From the NCBI GenBank assembly GCA_964402785.1, contig CAYODQ010000004.1, positions 159 through 64,158 of the forward strand: a DNA stretch of 64,000 bases, read 5' to 3'. Positions 29,203 to 39,454 of this stretch are shown piece by piece (the first letter of the stretch is position 1; every line of letters begins with the position of its first letter). The DNA comes from an uncultured Planctomycetia bacterium (GTDB lineage Bacteria; Omnitrophota; Gorgyraeia; 2-02-FULL-51-18). The notes under the pieces were generated by a model, which made no database searches, was not told the origin of the DNA, and saw only the letters and a program-made list of their open reading frames with translations. The position numbers and the translations under genes were made by a program.

Positions 29203-30315
29203 ATGACGGGGGATTTGATGGAATTTGTAAGAGAATTTGCGGATATTTTTGACAAGGTCAAGGCCGGGATCCGTCTTTCGCAAGAAGACGGGGAGAGGCT
29301 GATCAGGTCTCACAATGTGCTCGAGTTGGGGATCATGGCTCAATATGCCAAAGAGCGCCTGCATGGCAAGAAAGTTCACTTCACTCACAGTATCAATGTA
29401 AACCATTCCAATATTTGCGTTCTTGAGTGCAAGTTTTGTGCATTTGCCAAAAAGAAAAAAGAGCCCGGCGCCTATCAGCTGTCCAATGACGAGATCGAGC
29501 GTAGGGTTGTTAACGCGGCCAAGCACGGTGTGTGGGAAGTGCATATCGTGGGCGGACTAGACCCCGAGCTTAAGCTTTCGTATTACGAAGAGATGCTAAG
29601 CCGCATCAAAAAAGCTTGTCCTGGAGTTTTGATTCAGGCATTTACTGCGGTGGAGCTTGATTTTTATGCTCGTCTTGAAAAGATCCCAGTTGAAGAAGTG
29701 ATCGATCGCTTGATCGCGGCTGGTTTGGGTGGTGTGCCAGGTGGCGGAGCTGAGATATTCAGCGAAAGAGCTCGGGCTCTTATTTGCGCACCCAAGATCA
29801 GTGCTACGCGTTGGCTAGGCGTGCACAAGCTTGTGCATGAGCGTGGGCTTAGATCCAATGCCACCATGTTGTACGGGCATGTGGAGACACCGGAAGAACG
29901 TGTGGATCATATGATCCGTTTGCGCGAGACACAGGATCAGTCCGGGGGTTTTCTGGCTTTTGTGCCACTGGCTTTTCAGCCGGAGAATAACGAGCTTTCA
30001 CATATACCACGCTCAAGTGGTATCACGGATATACAAGTTTTGGCCACGGCGCGTTTGATGTTGGATAATTTTCCGCATATACGCCAGCTCTGGAATTATG
30101 TGGATGAGAAGTTCATCCATATCGCCATGGACTATGGTGTGGATGATCTGGGCGGAACCAATTTTGATGAGATCATCGCCAAAGCCGCAGGCTCTGCATC
30201 CAAGGGCTTCACATATGATGAGCTGGTCGGCATGATCGAAAAATGTGGACGCATCCCGGTCGAAGTTAACAGCACCTACACTGATATCAACAAAGAGTGC
30301 CTCATCGCACAATGA
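29203..30315 (+). CDS. Radical SAM enzyme of the MqnE/MqnC (CofH-like) family: aminofutalosine synthase or cyclic dehypoxanthine futalosine synthase
   Basis: 'NICVLECKFCAF' CxxxCxxC cluster and the 'HIVGG' region. Adjacent to MqnA. The start is chosen at ATG 29203 within ORF 29152..30315. Confidence 0.75.
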   Translation: MTGDLMEFVREFADIFDKVKAGIRLSQEDGERLIRSHNVLELGIMAQYAKERLHGKKVHFTHSINVNHSNICVLECKFCAFAKKKKEPGAYQLSNDEIERRVVNAAKHGVWEVHIVGGLDPELKLSYYEEMLSRIKKACPGVLIQAFTAVELDFYARLEKIPVEEVIDRLIAAGLGGVPGGGAEIFSERARALICAPKISATRWLGVHKLVHERGLRSNATMLYGHVETPEERVDHMIRLRETQDQSGGFLAFVPLAFQPENNELSHIPRSSGITDIQVLATARLMLDNFPHIRQLWNYVDEKFIHIAMDYGVDDLGGTNFDEIIAKAAGSASKGFTYDELVGMIEKCGRIPVEVNSTYTDINKECLIAQ

Positions 30316-31163
30316 CCGTAAGACTAGGCTCTATCGAATTTATCAACTCGTTGCCCGTGGATCTGGGGCTTCTTTCAGGTGAAGTTGCTTTTCCTGAGGC
30401 CAGGATCTATCAGGCGTCGCCCGCAGTTCTCAATCAAAAGATCTCCGAGGGCGTGTTGGATGTGAGCCCGATATCTGCTTTGTGGTATGCGCAACACGCT
30501 AGGAGCTTGTTTGTGCTTCCTGATCTTTCTATTAGCTCAGATAGCGCTGTGGATAGCGTACTTCTTTTCTCAAAACAGCATTGGTCAAAGCTTTCCGGCG
30601 CCAATGTGGCTATTTCAGGCAAGGGGAGGACCACGCCAGTGTTATTCCAGATTCTCTGTCGCGAGTTGTTTGGATTTAAACCGACGCTCCAAATGATTCA
30701 AGGAGAGATTTCGGATATGCCATCGGATGCCTCTGCGGTTTTGTTGATCGGTGATGAGGCTCTTCAGTTCAGAGAAAACCCGCTTTCCAGGAAATATCAG
30801 GTCGTGGATCTGGCGGAAGAATGGAAGCGCATGACGGGGTGGCCGTTCGTGTTTGCATTGTGGGTGGCGCGTAAAGCATTTTGGATGGATGATGCTGAGA
30901 AAGTATTGCGGACGCACCAGGCGATCTTGAAGTCGAAGTACTGGGGTCTTTTGCATCAGCGGATGATATTCAATGAGGCGGTGCAGCGCTCAGGATTGCC
31001 GAGTGAGACCGTACAGCGCTATTTTTCAAAATTATCTTATGGTTTCGATGACAAATTAAAAAGCGGGCTTCGTGTTTACTTTGAGCTTGCCAAAAAACAC
31101 GGTTATTTGAACGAAACGCCGCAACTTGAGATGATCGATAAAGATCTGGCGTTGGTTTCTTAA
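30312..31163 (+). CDS. mqnA: MqnA/MqnD-family protein (chorismate dehydratase MqnA-like)
   Basis: 'VRLGSIEFINSLPV' N-terminus typical of MqnA (LRxGxIxYLNxxP). ~280 aa periplasmic-binding-like fold. ATGA-coupled to the upstream radical SAM gene. Confidence 0.65.
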   Translation: MTVRLGSIEFINSLPVDLGLLSGEVAFPEARIYQASPAVLNQKISEGVLDVSPISALWYAQHARSLFVLPDLSISSDSAVDSVLLFSKQHWSKLSGANVAISGKGRTTPVLFQILCRELFGFKPTLQMIQGEISDMPSDASAVLLIGDEALQFRENPLSRKYQVVDLAEEWKRMTGWPFVFALWVARKAFWMDDAEKVLRTHQAILKSKYWGLLHQRMIFNEAVQRSGLPSETVQRYFSKLSYGFDDKLKSGLRVYFELAKKHGYLNETPQLEMIDKDLALVS

Positions 31164-31175
31164 CCCAGGAGCATT

Positions 31176-32294
31176 ATGTCAATTCGGGAAATATTGAAGA
31201 AGGCGTGGGATGGTGAGCGTATCAATGTGGCTGAGGGTGCGCAGCTGTATCGCGAGGCCGATCTTTTTGAATTGGGCGTCGTGGCGGATGAACTCAATCT
31301 AAGAAAGAATCCAGAGTCTAAGTATCGCGCGACGTTTCTTGTGGATCGCAACATCAATTACACCAACATTTGCTACACGTATTGCAAATTTTGCGCCTTT
31401 TATCGTGAGCCGGGGGATGTCAAAGAAGGTTATTTGAGGTCCACTGAGGAGATCTTCCAAAAAATAGAAGAGCTGGTCGCTATCGGTGGCACGCAAGTGT
31501 TGATGCAGGGCGGGCACAACCCGCAGCTCGGTATTGAATTTTATGAAAAGCTGGTGCGGGATGTGCGCGAGCGTTTTCCGCAAGTGCATGTGCATTCCTT
31601 CTCCGCGTCTGAAGTCCAGCATATCTCGCGTGTTTCGAAGCTATCAATTCGTGATGTCCTCACGCGCTTAAAAGAGGCGGGGCTCAATAGTTTTCCAGGG
31701 GGTGGCGCAGAGATACTGATCGATCGCGTGCGCAACGAGGTCAGTCCCTTGAAGACCAAAGCTTCAGAATATTTTGAGATCCATCAAACAGCTCATGAGA
31801 TAGGCCTTATTTCTACAGGGACCATGGTTTACGGGTTGGGCGAGACGATCGAAGAGCGTATGATGCATTTGGATTCCTATCGTAAATTGCAGGATAAGAC
31901 GGGTGGGTTTAGAGCTTTTATTCCTTGGAGTTTTGAGTCCGAATCCACCGAGATGACCATGCCGCGTCGCACCGGATCGGAATATCTGCGCATGATAGCG
32001 CTTTGTCGGATTATGTTGGACAATATCCAGCATTTGCAGGCTGGCTGGGTGACCGAGGGTCCTAAACTTTCTCAGATAGCGCTTCGTTTTGGTGCGGATG
32101 ATTTTGGGGGGATCTTGATGGAGGAAAATGTCGTAAGCGCCACAGGATCCGATAAACTTTATTCCGGCGTGACAAAGGATGAGGCTATACGCCTGATCCG
32201 GGAAGCAGGCAAGATCCCAACCCAGCGAAATACCAACTACGAGATCGTAAAAGCCTATCCTGTCGAGATCGATTCTCCCATGGCTTTGGCTTAG
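31176..32294 (+). CDS. Second MqnE/MqnC-family radical SAM enzyme
   Basis: 'NICYTYCKFCAFYRE' CxxxCxxC and 'LMQGG' motifs. Paralogous to 29203..30315. Strong SD AGGAG upstream. Confidence 0.75.
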   Translation: MSIREILKKAWDGERINVAEGAQLYREADLFELGVVADELNLRKNPESKYRATFLVDRNINYTNICYTYCKFCAFYREPGDVKEGYLRSTEEIFQKIEELVAIGGTQVLMQGGHNPQLGIEFYEKLVRDVRERFPQVHVHSFSASEVQHISRVSKLSIRDVLTRLKEAGLNSFPGGGAEILIDRVRNEVSPLKTKASEYFEIHQTAHEIGLISTGTMVYGLGETIEERMMHLDSYRKLQDKTGGFRAFIPWSFESESTEMTMPRRTGSEYLRMIALCRIMLDNIQHLQAGWVTEGPKLSQIALRFGADDFGGILMEENVVSATGSDKLYSGVTKDEAIRLIREAGKIPTQRNTNYEIVKAYPVEIDSPMALA

Positions 32295-32309
32295 AAAAGG
32301 CCGAGTATC

Positions 32310-33416
32310 ATGGCAGTTCCTTTTATATATCTGGGTGACCAACATAAGCAGATCCGTCAAGAGGTGCTGCGCACACTTGCGCGTATCGCTGACTCACAGC
32401 TCTTTGTTCTGGGGGAGCATGTTCAGGCGCTTGAGCGGCGGATGGCTATTCGATGCGGAGTGCCGCATGCGATCGGCGTGGCCAATGGCTCAGACGCGCT
32501 TTTTTTATCGTTATTAGCGTTGGGGGTGGGCCCAGGCGACGAAGTGATCACCACACCTTTTACTTTTTTTGCATCCGCCGGATCCATCAGTCGCACGGGA
32601 GCCAAAGTTGTTTTTTGTGATGTGGATGCTAATACTTACAATATCGATCCGCAGAAAATAGCTAAGCGTGTCACGCCTCGCACTAAAGCAATTTTGCCTG
32701 TTCATTTATTTGGACTGCCTTCTGATATGGAGGCCATTCTTAAGATCGCGCGCAAACACCGCTTGTTCGTGGTCGAGGACGCGGCGCAAAGCTTTGGCTC
32801 ATCGTACAAAGGAAAACCAAGCGGCGTGTTGGGCGACACAGGATGTTTTTCGTTCTATCCCACCAAAAACTTGGGTGGTGCGGGCGACGGTGGAATGGTG
32901 ATCACGCGCTCTCAAAAGCTGGCGGATAAGATCCGTCTTTTGCGCAATCACGGCTCTTCGGTCAAATATCACCATGAAGTGGTCGGAATGAACAGCCGGC
33001 TGGATGAGATCCAGGCCGCGTGGATTGCCATCAAGCTGAAATATATCCATAAATGGAACGAGGCACGACGCAAACACGCGCGGGCGTACAATGCTGCGTT
33101 CAAAGGGCTTCCGATCCGCACACCGATTGAGCCTAAGGGCAGTGTTTCAAATTTCCATCTTTATACCATTCAAACCAGTCGGAGGGACGAGCTGGCATCG
33201 TATTTACATGAAAAAAAGATCGGCTGCGGGGTTTATTATCCCTTACCGCTTCATTTGCAGCCTTGTTATAAGGATCTGGGTCATCATAAAGGTGATTTTC
33301 CAGTAAGCGAACGGTTGGCATCCGAGGTCTTGTCTTTGCCCATGTATTCCGAGATGTCTGTATCGCAGCGCAGCGAAGTGATCCGTGCCGTGAAGAAATT
33401 TTTTGGTGGTCAATGA
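32310..33416 (+). CDS. DegT/DnrJ/EryC1/StrS-family PLP-dependent sugar aminotransferase
   Basis: 'GSDALFLSLLALGVGPGDEVITTPFTFFAS' and the 'SFYPTKNLG' lysine motif. Confidence 0.85.
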   Translation: MAVPFIYLGDQHKQIRQEVLRTLARIADSQLFVLGEHVQALERRMAIRCGVPHAIGVANGSDALFLSLLALGVGPGDEVITTPFTFFASAGSISRTGAKVVFCDVDANTYNIDPQKIAKRVTPRTKAILPVHLFGLPSDMEAILKIARKHRLFVVEDAAQSFGSSYKGKPSGVLGDTGCFSFYPTKNLGGAGDGGMVITRSQKLADKIRLLRNHGSSVKYHHEVVGMNSRLDEIQAAWIAIKLKYIHKWNEARRKHARAYNAAFKGLPIRTPIEPKGSVSNFHLYTIQTSRRDELASYLHEKKIGCGVYYPLPLHLQPCYKDLGHHKGDFPVSERLASEVLSLPMYSEMSVSQRSEVIRAVKKFFGGQ

Positions 33417-34156
33417 TCTGGGTATTTTTGCCTGCTTATAACGAAGAAATAGCATTGCCGCGGCTACTCAAAAAATTCGACGATGTTTTGAAGGCAGGCC
33501 CAGAGAAATACTGTGTCGTGATTCAAGACGACGGCAGCTCTGACGGGACAGCGGCTGTCGCAGAGAAGCTTTCTAAACAATATCCGATCACCGTGCTTCG
33601 TCATGAGAAAAATTTGGGTCTCGGCGAGACGATGCGTGACGGGTTTAATTATCTTGTTGGAAAGGTTTCTGATGAGGATGTGATTGTAACATTAGATTGC
33701 GATGATACACACGAGCCTAAATTTGTGCCGGCAGCTATTCAAAAACTTCGTTCTGGCTATGACTTGGTAGCTCTCTCGCGATTTTGTAAAGGGGGAGGGC
33801 AGGAAGGTTTGTCTGGGCTTAAAAGTATTTTAAGTATGGGGGCTGGGATTTTTTTAAAGATATTGTTTCCAATACGAGGCCTCCATGAATACAGCTGTAA
33901 TTTTAGGGTGTTTACCGGGGCTCTCCTTAAGAAGGCAGATAAAGTGCTGGGGAAAAATTTTATACAGCTGGCTCATTTGGGATTTGCAGTTTCTCCTGAG
34001 ATCTTGATCAGGATGCGAATGTTGGGCGCGAAGATAGCTGAGTCGCCATTTGTACTTCGCTACGATCAGAAGCCCACCGCAAGTAAAAATAACTCATTGA
34101 GGACGATCAGGGGTTATTTTGCATTGGCGCGTTTGTATTGGTTGAGAAAAGTTTGA
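33413..34156 (+). CDS. GT2 glycosyltransferase, polyprenyl-phosphate sugar synthase type (DPM1/GtrB-like)
   Basis: 'FLPAYNEE', 'QDDGSSDGT' and 'DCDDTHEP' (DxD) motifs. Confidence 0.8.
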   Translation: MIWVFLPAYNEEIALPRLLKKFDDVLKAGPEKYCVVIQDDGSSDGTAAVAEKLSKQYPITVLRHEKNLGLGETMRDGFNYLVGKVSDEDVIVTLDCDDTHEPKFVPAAIQKLRSGYDLVALSRFCKGGGQEGLSGLKSILSMGAGIFLKILFPIRGLHEYSCNFRVFTGALLKKADKVLGKNFIQLAHLGFAVSPEILIRMRMLGAKIAESPFVLRYDQKPTASKNNSLRTIRGYFALARLYWLRKV

Positions 34157-35247
34157 TTTCGGTTAAGGATCAGATCTTACCACTGACATCGATGCGATTT
34201 TTTGCTGCATGGGCTGTATTTTTTTACCATGTCAGCTATTTTACAATGGGCACGGATTACTCAACGGCTTTGGCATATTTTTTTACTTACGGTTATGCCG
34301 GAGTCAGTTTTTTCTTTATCCTATCCGGATTTATTCTTACCCATAATTATCTTGAGCGGTTTAGGGAGTTAGATTGTAAGGCTGTGCGAAGTTTTTACAT
34401 AACAAGATTTGCTCGAATATATCCTACTTACATTTTATTTTTTGCAGCCTCACTTCCTTTGATGATGGAGGTGTTTCAACAGTCTCCGTCTAAGACTCTG
34501 ATCAAGGCGGCATGCCATGCTTTTGCGCTACAGAGTTTCGTTCCTTCTAATACGATTTCTCAAACATTCAACCCGCCGGCATGGAGCATCTCGGACGAGT
34601 TTTTTTTCTACGCAATGCTGCCTTTTATATTATATTTTCTAAGTTTTCTAAAATGGTTTGGTGCGAGGATGTGGTGCATAACAGCGGTCATGATATGGTT
34701 TTTGTCCTGCGCAGTTGCTTTTATTTTTAAGGATTCTCAGCTAGCCAATTGGTTTTTATATTTCTTTCCTCCATTTAGGCTCTTTGATTTTGTCCTGGGC
34801 ACCGTCATTTATTTCATATATTTACACACAAAGGATTTTAATATAATAAATAGCCGCTTGCGTTTTACCCTACTTGAAATTTTTTCGCTGACACTTTTGG
34901 CGGCTACGTTTACGTATTGTCACCGCATCGACAAGCCTTACCTTTGGACGGTGGTTTTTACGCCTAGCATGGGATTTGTGATCTACGTCCATAGCTTTTC
35001 TAAGGGCTTTGTTTCCAAGTTTCTATCCAATAACTTTTTGGTATTTTTGGGACATATTAGCTATGTTTTTTATATGTGTCACGTTCTTGTGTTGCTATAC
35101 ACAAAGACGTGGTGGCCGGAAATGTTTACACAGTCGCCCGAGATCATCACGATTGGTGCCCTGGGGCTGTCTTTGGGTATTAGCTGTATCTGTTATAAGT
35201 GGTACGAGATTCCGGTGAAGCAATGGATCAAAGAAAGGTTTGCCTGA
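34138..35247 (+). CDS. Acyltransferase family 3 (membrane O-acyltransferase, OafA/OatA-like)
   Basis: 'LTSMRFFAAWAVFFYHV' conserved N-terminal Arg/His region, ~10 TM helices. TTG start. Confidence 0.75.
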   Translation: MVEKSLISVKDQILPLTSMRFFAAWAVFFYHVSYFTMGTDYSTALAYFFTYGYAGVSFFFILSGFILTHNYLERFRELDCKAVRSFYITRFARIYPTYILFFAASLPLMMEVFQQSPSKTLIKAACHAFALQSFVPSNTISQTFNPPAWSISDEFFFYAMLPFILYFLSFLKWFGARMWCITAVMIWFLSCAVAFIFKDSQLANWFLYFFPPFRLFDFVLGTVIYFIYLHTKDFNIINSRLRFTLLEIFSLTLLAATFTYCHRIDKPYLWTVVFTPSMGFVIYVHSFSKGFVSKFLSNNFLVFLGHISYVFYMCHVLVLLYTKTWWPEMFTQSPEIITIGALGLSLGISCICYKWYEIPVKQWIKERFA

Positions 35248-36605
35248 TGCCAAGAAAGATCCACTATTCCGTGAGCCTCATCTCCCTTTTGCTTATTGGT
35301 TTGGCGACTGTCACCTGGCATGATGGAAACCTACCTCCGTTGAAGCCTGCCGTTCGACACGTTATTCTTGCCTTGTATGCCAGCTGGTTTATTTCTTATT
35401 GGCGCATCATCCATATCCGCGAAACTTCCATCGATTGGTCTCGTTTGTGGCCCTGGGTTGTTTTTCCTTCATTTTTTTTATGTTTTATGCCCCCCATTTT
35501 CTCTGGGGATCTGTACGAGTATCTGATCCGTGGGCGTATCCTGAGCATATACCATCAAAATCCATATGTTGCGTTTCCTGTAAACTTTCCAAATGATCTA
35601 TTAAGGCCCTATTCGATTTGGATCACAAACCCTGATGCGTACGGCCCTATATCCGTTTTTATCCAGACCTTACCCGCTGCCTTATTTCAACACTCTGTCA
35701 TGGGTATGATAGCCGCGTATAAATGTATTGTATGGCTATTTATGGTGGCGTCCCTTTATTTCTTTTGGAAAATAGTTCACCGTTTATCGTTAGCTGAGCC
35801 GGGGCGCATCTGGGCTGTTTTTGCTCTTTGTCCATTGATATGGGTGCAGGGGCTTATCGATGGTCACAATGACCTCCTCATGATGACGTTCTCAATCATC
35901 TCGCTGTACTTTTTTTTGCTCAAACAGCACGGAAAGGCTTTTTTCTTTTGGACTTGCGCATTTCTGATCAAATATACGGTGATCTTGCACTTGCCGTTTA
36001 TGATCCTTTTTGCTGTCCGAGAGCGCTGGGAAGAGGAGGGGCGTTTTCCTAAGGCATTTATTATGCGTAATCTACTGATCAATCTCTTGGTGGTGATATT
36101 GTTTTTTTTGCCCTTCTGGAAGGGAGTCGGGGTTTTTGGAGCGGTCTTGCATCACTTGGGCCAAGAGGACCCATTTTATACCAACACCATTCCTTATTTG
36201 ATTGAATGGGCTATGAATCGCGTCGGTCTGGTTGTGCCCGCCATGTGGGTTAAATGGGGATGTGTCGGCTTCTACGGAGTTGTCTATGCGTTACTTCTGG
36301 TTTGGTGTTGGCGCGTAAAAAATATAAATGATGCTGATTTTTATCGCATTGTGAGCCTAGCTTACCTTGGTTTTTATGCTTCTCTGTACAGCCCTCTGGT
36401 GCAATGGTATTTGGTTTGGGCTCTTTTTTGGATCATATTGGCTCGTTGGCCTAAATCCTTATGGCTTGTGGTGCTTTACTCTGCCGTGGGAGTTCTAGCT
36501 TTTTATAAGCGGATCAATTTCTTGATTGCTATCGCTTTAGTTTTTTACATGACGCTGTTTGTTTCCGATGCTGTGTGTGCTAAAATACAAAAACATGAGT
36601 CCTGA
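35247..36605 (+). CDS. Polytopic membrane protein, GT-C-fold glycosyltransferase-like (GT87/DUF2029-like)
   Basis: Over 10 TM helices with an acidic loop motif (SGDLYEY) near the N-terminus and a 'GHNDLL' loop. Family assignment uncertain. Confidence 0.4.
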   Translation: MPRKIHYSVSLISLLLIGLATVTWHDGNLPPLKPAVRHVILALYASWFISYWRIIHIRETSIDWSRLWPWVVFPSFFLCFMPPIFSGDLYEYLIRGRILSIYHQNPYVAFPVNFPNDLLRPYSIWITNPDAYGPISVFIQTLPAALFQHSVMGMIAAYKCIVWLFMVASLYFFWKIVHRLSLAEPGRIWAVFALCPLIWVQGLIDGHNDLLMMTFSIISLYFFLLKQHGKAFFFWTCAFLIKYTVILHLPFMILFAVRERWEEEGRFPKAFIMRNLLINLLVVILFFLPFWKGVGVFGAVLHHLGQEDPFYTNTIPYLIEWAMNRVGLVVPAMWVKWGCVGFYGVVYALLLVWCWRVKNINDADFYRIVSLAYLGFYASLYSPLVQWYLVWALFWIILARWPKSLWLVVLYSAVGVLAFYKRINFLIAIALVFYMTLFVSDAVCAKIQKHES

Positions 36606-39033
36606 CAACAAAACGATGGCTTTTCAGAGGGCCGGCAAGCCCGCTTTTCTAGGCATATTCTTTGTATCGCTAGCTACCCTGATCTACGAAATTCTTCTCA
36701 CCCGTATATTCAGCGTTACGATGTGGTTTCATTTTGCATTTGTGGCTGTGTCAATTGCTATGTTTGGCATGACTGTGGGAGCTATTTTGGTCTATTTGTA
36801 TCCTCGTTATTTTCCAGAGCATAAATTGCTGCAACGATTGACTCAGGCATCAATGATGTTCGGGGTGACGGTGCTTTTAAGTTTTTTGGCACACCTTCAC
36901 ATTCCTTTTGTCACGGATGTCTCCTTTAAGAACCTTTTTTTTATTGGACTAACGTATTCGGTTATTTCAGTTCCATTTATTTTTAGCGGAATCTGTATTT
37001 GTCTTATATTGACGCGCTATCCTAAAGATGTAGGGAGATTATATGCGGCGGATCTTGCGGGTGCCGCCATCGGTTGTGTGCTTTTGATCGTGGTTCTTAG
37101 CGTAACAGATGCCTCATCAGCGGTTTTTTTTACGGCCACCCTAGCTTCTCTTGCCGGTGTCTTTTTTGCATCCTCTGATCGCGGCGCTTTTTTTAAGAGA
37201 GCCGTTGCTGTTGCTGCTATACTCGCCGTTGCTTATTTTGCGCATGCTTCTATCAGCGCTTTTACCGGATCACCAATTTTTCGTTTGAAGCTTATAAAGG
37301 GATCCGTCGAGTCAAAGCCTCTTTATGAAAAGTGGAATTCGTTTTCGCGTGTTACGGTCACAGAAGATCCCAATGGGCCGGCTGCTTTTGGTTGGGGTTT
37401 GAGCTCTGTACATGCTAATGATCTGGCTCCCAAAGAGCTGTGGCTTCGTATGGACTCGGGTGCCGCGACTCCCATCACCGAATTTAGCGGAGATTTGTCT
37501 CAGCACCAGTATCTTAAATACGATATAACGAATATGGTGCATTACATTCGGCCCGATGCCAATGTTTTGGTGGTGGGGATAGGAGGGGGGAGGGATATTC
37601 TATCGGCGCTGGTTTTTGATCAGCGTTCTGTGACAGGCGTCGAGATCAATCAGGCGATCATCGATACTGTAAATGGTCCTATGTTTGGTGATTTTTCTGG
37701 TCATCTCGATCTTAACCCAAAAGTTCGTATGATTAACGATGAAGCGCGGAGCTTTGTAGCGCGGTCGAGAGAGAAATTCGACATTATCCAAGTATCATTT
37801 ATTGATACAACCGCGGCTACTGCAGCCGGAGCCTTTGTTTTTACGGAAAACTCTCTTTATACCACCGAAGCGTGGAAGGCTTTTGTCCAGCATTTGACTC
37901 CGGATGGGATATTGTCGTTCTCGCGCTGGTATTATCTGGATCTTTCGGGAGAAATATACAGGATGATATCCATCGCCGATAACGTCCTCAGATCTATGGG
38001 TTTTGAAGATCCGCGCAAACACCTAGTTTGTGTGCGAAATATTCGCGAAGAAGGCATTGGTGAAGTAGGCACTCTCATGCTCAGTCTTTCACCCTTTACT
38101 GCGGAGCAGCTAGCGGAGTTGGATCGATTGAGCGGAGAGTTTAACTTTGAGGTCATGCTAAGCCCTTTAGTTTCCAAAGATCCTGTGTTTGACAAGCTCT
38201 TAGGAGAAGGTGATAAGGAAGAATTTTTAAATAAATTTCCGATCAATATTGCGGCTCCGACGGATGACAACCCATTTTTTTTCAGCATGGTGAGACCTTG
38301 GGATGTGCTTAAAGAAAGTATCACCGGATACAAGTTGGCTACTTTTAATGTCAAGGCTATATTTGTGCTGGCGGCTCTGCTTTTGATCGTCACCGTGCTT
38401 ACGCTGCTATGCATTTTAGTGCCGCTTCTTATGACGGCCGAGAAAAGCAGCCTGCGCGGAACACTGCCACTTCTTTTTTATTTTGCAATGATAGGGCTTG
38501 GTTTCATGTTTATTGAGATATCTCAAATGCAGCGCTTGAGCATATTTTTAGGTCATCCCGTCTATGGGTTATCCGTGGTTCTTTTTACTCTGCTCTTGGC
38601 GAGTGGCGTTGGAAGCTTTATGGTGGGCTCTGGGTCGGTAGATACTGTGGATCATCAGGGCAAAACAAGGCTTTTTGTGCTAATCGGCACGCTTATTCTT
38701 ATTGGTCTATTTACACCTTCTCTGGTAAGGAAGTTTGAGGTTTGTGGCACACCCGTACGCATTATGATCTCCATGTTGGTTTTGACGCCCATGGGGATCA
38801 CGATGGGCATGGCATTTCCCCTAGGGATGCGTTTAGCCGGGAAATATTCGTCATCCCTCACGCCATGGTTATGGGGCATCAATGGCGCAACCTCGGTTTA
38901 TGCTTCGGTTTTGGCGGTGATCGTTGCTATCTCATTTGGAGTTTCGGCCTCGTACTGGACAGGGTTAGTATGCTACTTTGGGGCATTTGTGGCTTTTTTG
39001 GTAGCAATGTATGGGATACGCCGACAATCGTAG
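36595..39033 (+). CDS. Fused polytopic membrane domain plus spermidine-synthase-like (aminopropyltransferase fold) protein
   Basis: The N-terminal ~230 aa hold multiple TM helices. The central domain has 'VLVVGIGGGRDILSAL' (Rossmann GxGxG of the spermidine synthase family) and 'DIIQVSFIDT'. There are additional C-terminal TM helices. Confidence 0.6.
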   Translation: MSPDNKTMAFQRAGKPAFLGIFFVSLATLIYEILLTRIFSVTMWFHFAFVAVSIAMFGMTVGAILVYLYPRYFPEHKLLQRLTQASMMFGVTVLLSFLAHLHIPFVTDVSFKNLFFIGLTYSVISVPFIFSGICICLILTRYPKDVGRLYAADLAGAAIGCVLLIVVLSVTDASSAVFFTATLASLAGVFFASSDRGAFFKRAVAVAAILAVAYFAHASISAFTGSPIFRLKLIKGSVESKPLYEKWNSFSRVTVTEDPNGPAAFGWGLSSVHANDLAPKELWLRMDSGAATPITEFSGDLSQHQYLKYDITNMVHYIRPDANVLVVGIGGGRDILSALVFDQRSVTGVEINQAIIDTVNGPMFGDFSGHLDLNPKVRMINDEARSFVARSREKFDIIQVSFIDTTAATAAGAFVFTENSLYTTEAWKAFVQHLTPDGILSFSRWYYLDLSGEIYRMISIADNVLRSMGFEDPRKHLVCVRNIREEGIGEVGTLMLSLSPFTAEQLAELDRLSGEFNFEVMLSPLVSKDPVFDKLLGEGDKEEFLNKFPINIAAPTDDNPFFFSMVRPWDVLKESITGYKLATFNVKAIFVLAALLLIVTVLTLLCILVPLLMTAEKSSLRGTLPLLFYFAMIGLGFMFIEISQMQRLSIFLGHPVYGLSVVLFTLLLASGVGSFMVGSGSVDTVDHQGKTRLFVLIGTLILIGLFTPSLVRKFEVCGTPVRIMISMLVLTPMGITMGMAFPLGMRLAGKYSSSLTPWLWGINGATSVYASVLAVIVAISFGVSASYWTGLVCYFGAFVAFLVAMYGIRRQS

Positions 39034-39034
39034 C

Positions 39035-39454
39035 ATGAAAGCATTTCGCTTTTCTGATATCCGTTTAGGGCAACAGAAAAGTAAGCGTTATATTCTCACC
39101 CGAGAGGTGTACGAGGGTTTCCTCGCCACTTTTAAAGACACAAACCCCCTTCATATCGATGATCGTTTTGCCAGAAGAGCCGGATTTAAATCCAAGGTCA
39201 TGCACGGCGCCATTCTTAATGGGTTTATATCGAATTTTATTGGTACTTGTTTTCCGGGAAAACATGCGGTGCTGCACTCGGTTAGCATACAATACCGCGC
39301 TCCTGTTTATTTGGGGGACGCTCTTCTTCTTAGATCAAAAGTTGAACATAAATCGGCAGGCACCAAAACAATTCTTTTGAATATTTCTTGGTTTCACGTT
39401 TCCCCTAAACATCTTGTTGCTACAGCAAAAGTTCAAGTGGGGGAGACCGCATGA
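39035..39454 (+). CDS. MaoC-like (hotdog-fold) dehydratase
   Basis: 'DTNPLHIDDRFARRAGFKSKVMHGAIL' is the hotdog hydratase signature. Confidence 0.75.
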   Translation: MKAFRFSDIRLGQQKSKRYILTREVYEGFLATFKDTNPLHIDDRFARRAGFKSKVMHGAILNGFISNFIGTCFPGKHAVLHSVSIQYRAPVYLGDALLLRSKVEHKSAGTKTILLNISWFHVSPKHLVATAKVQVGETA

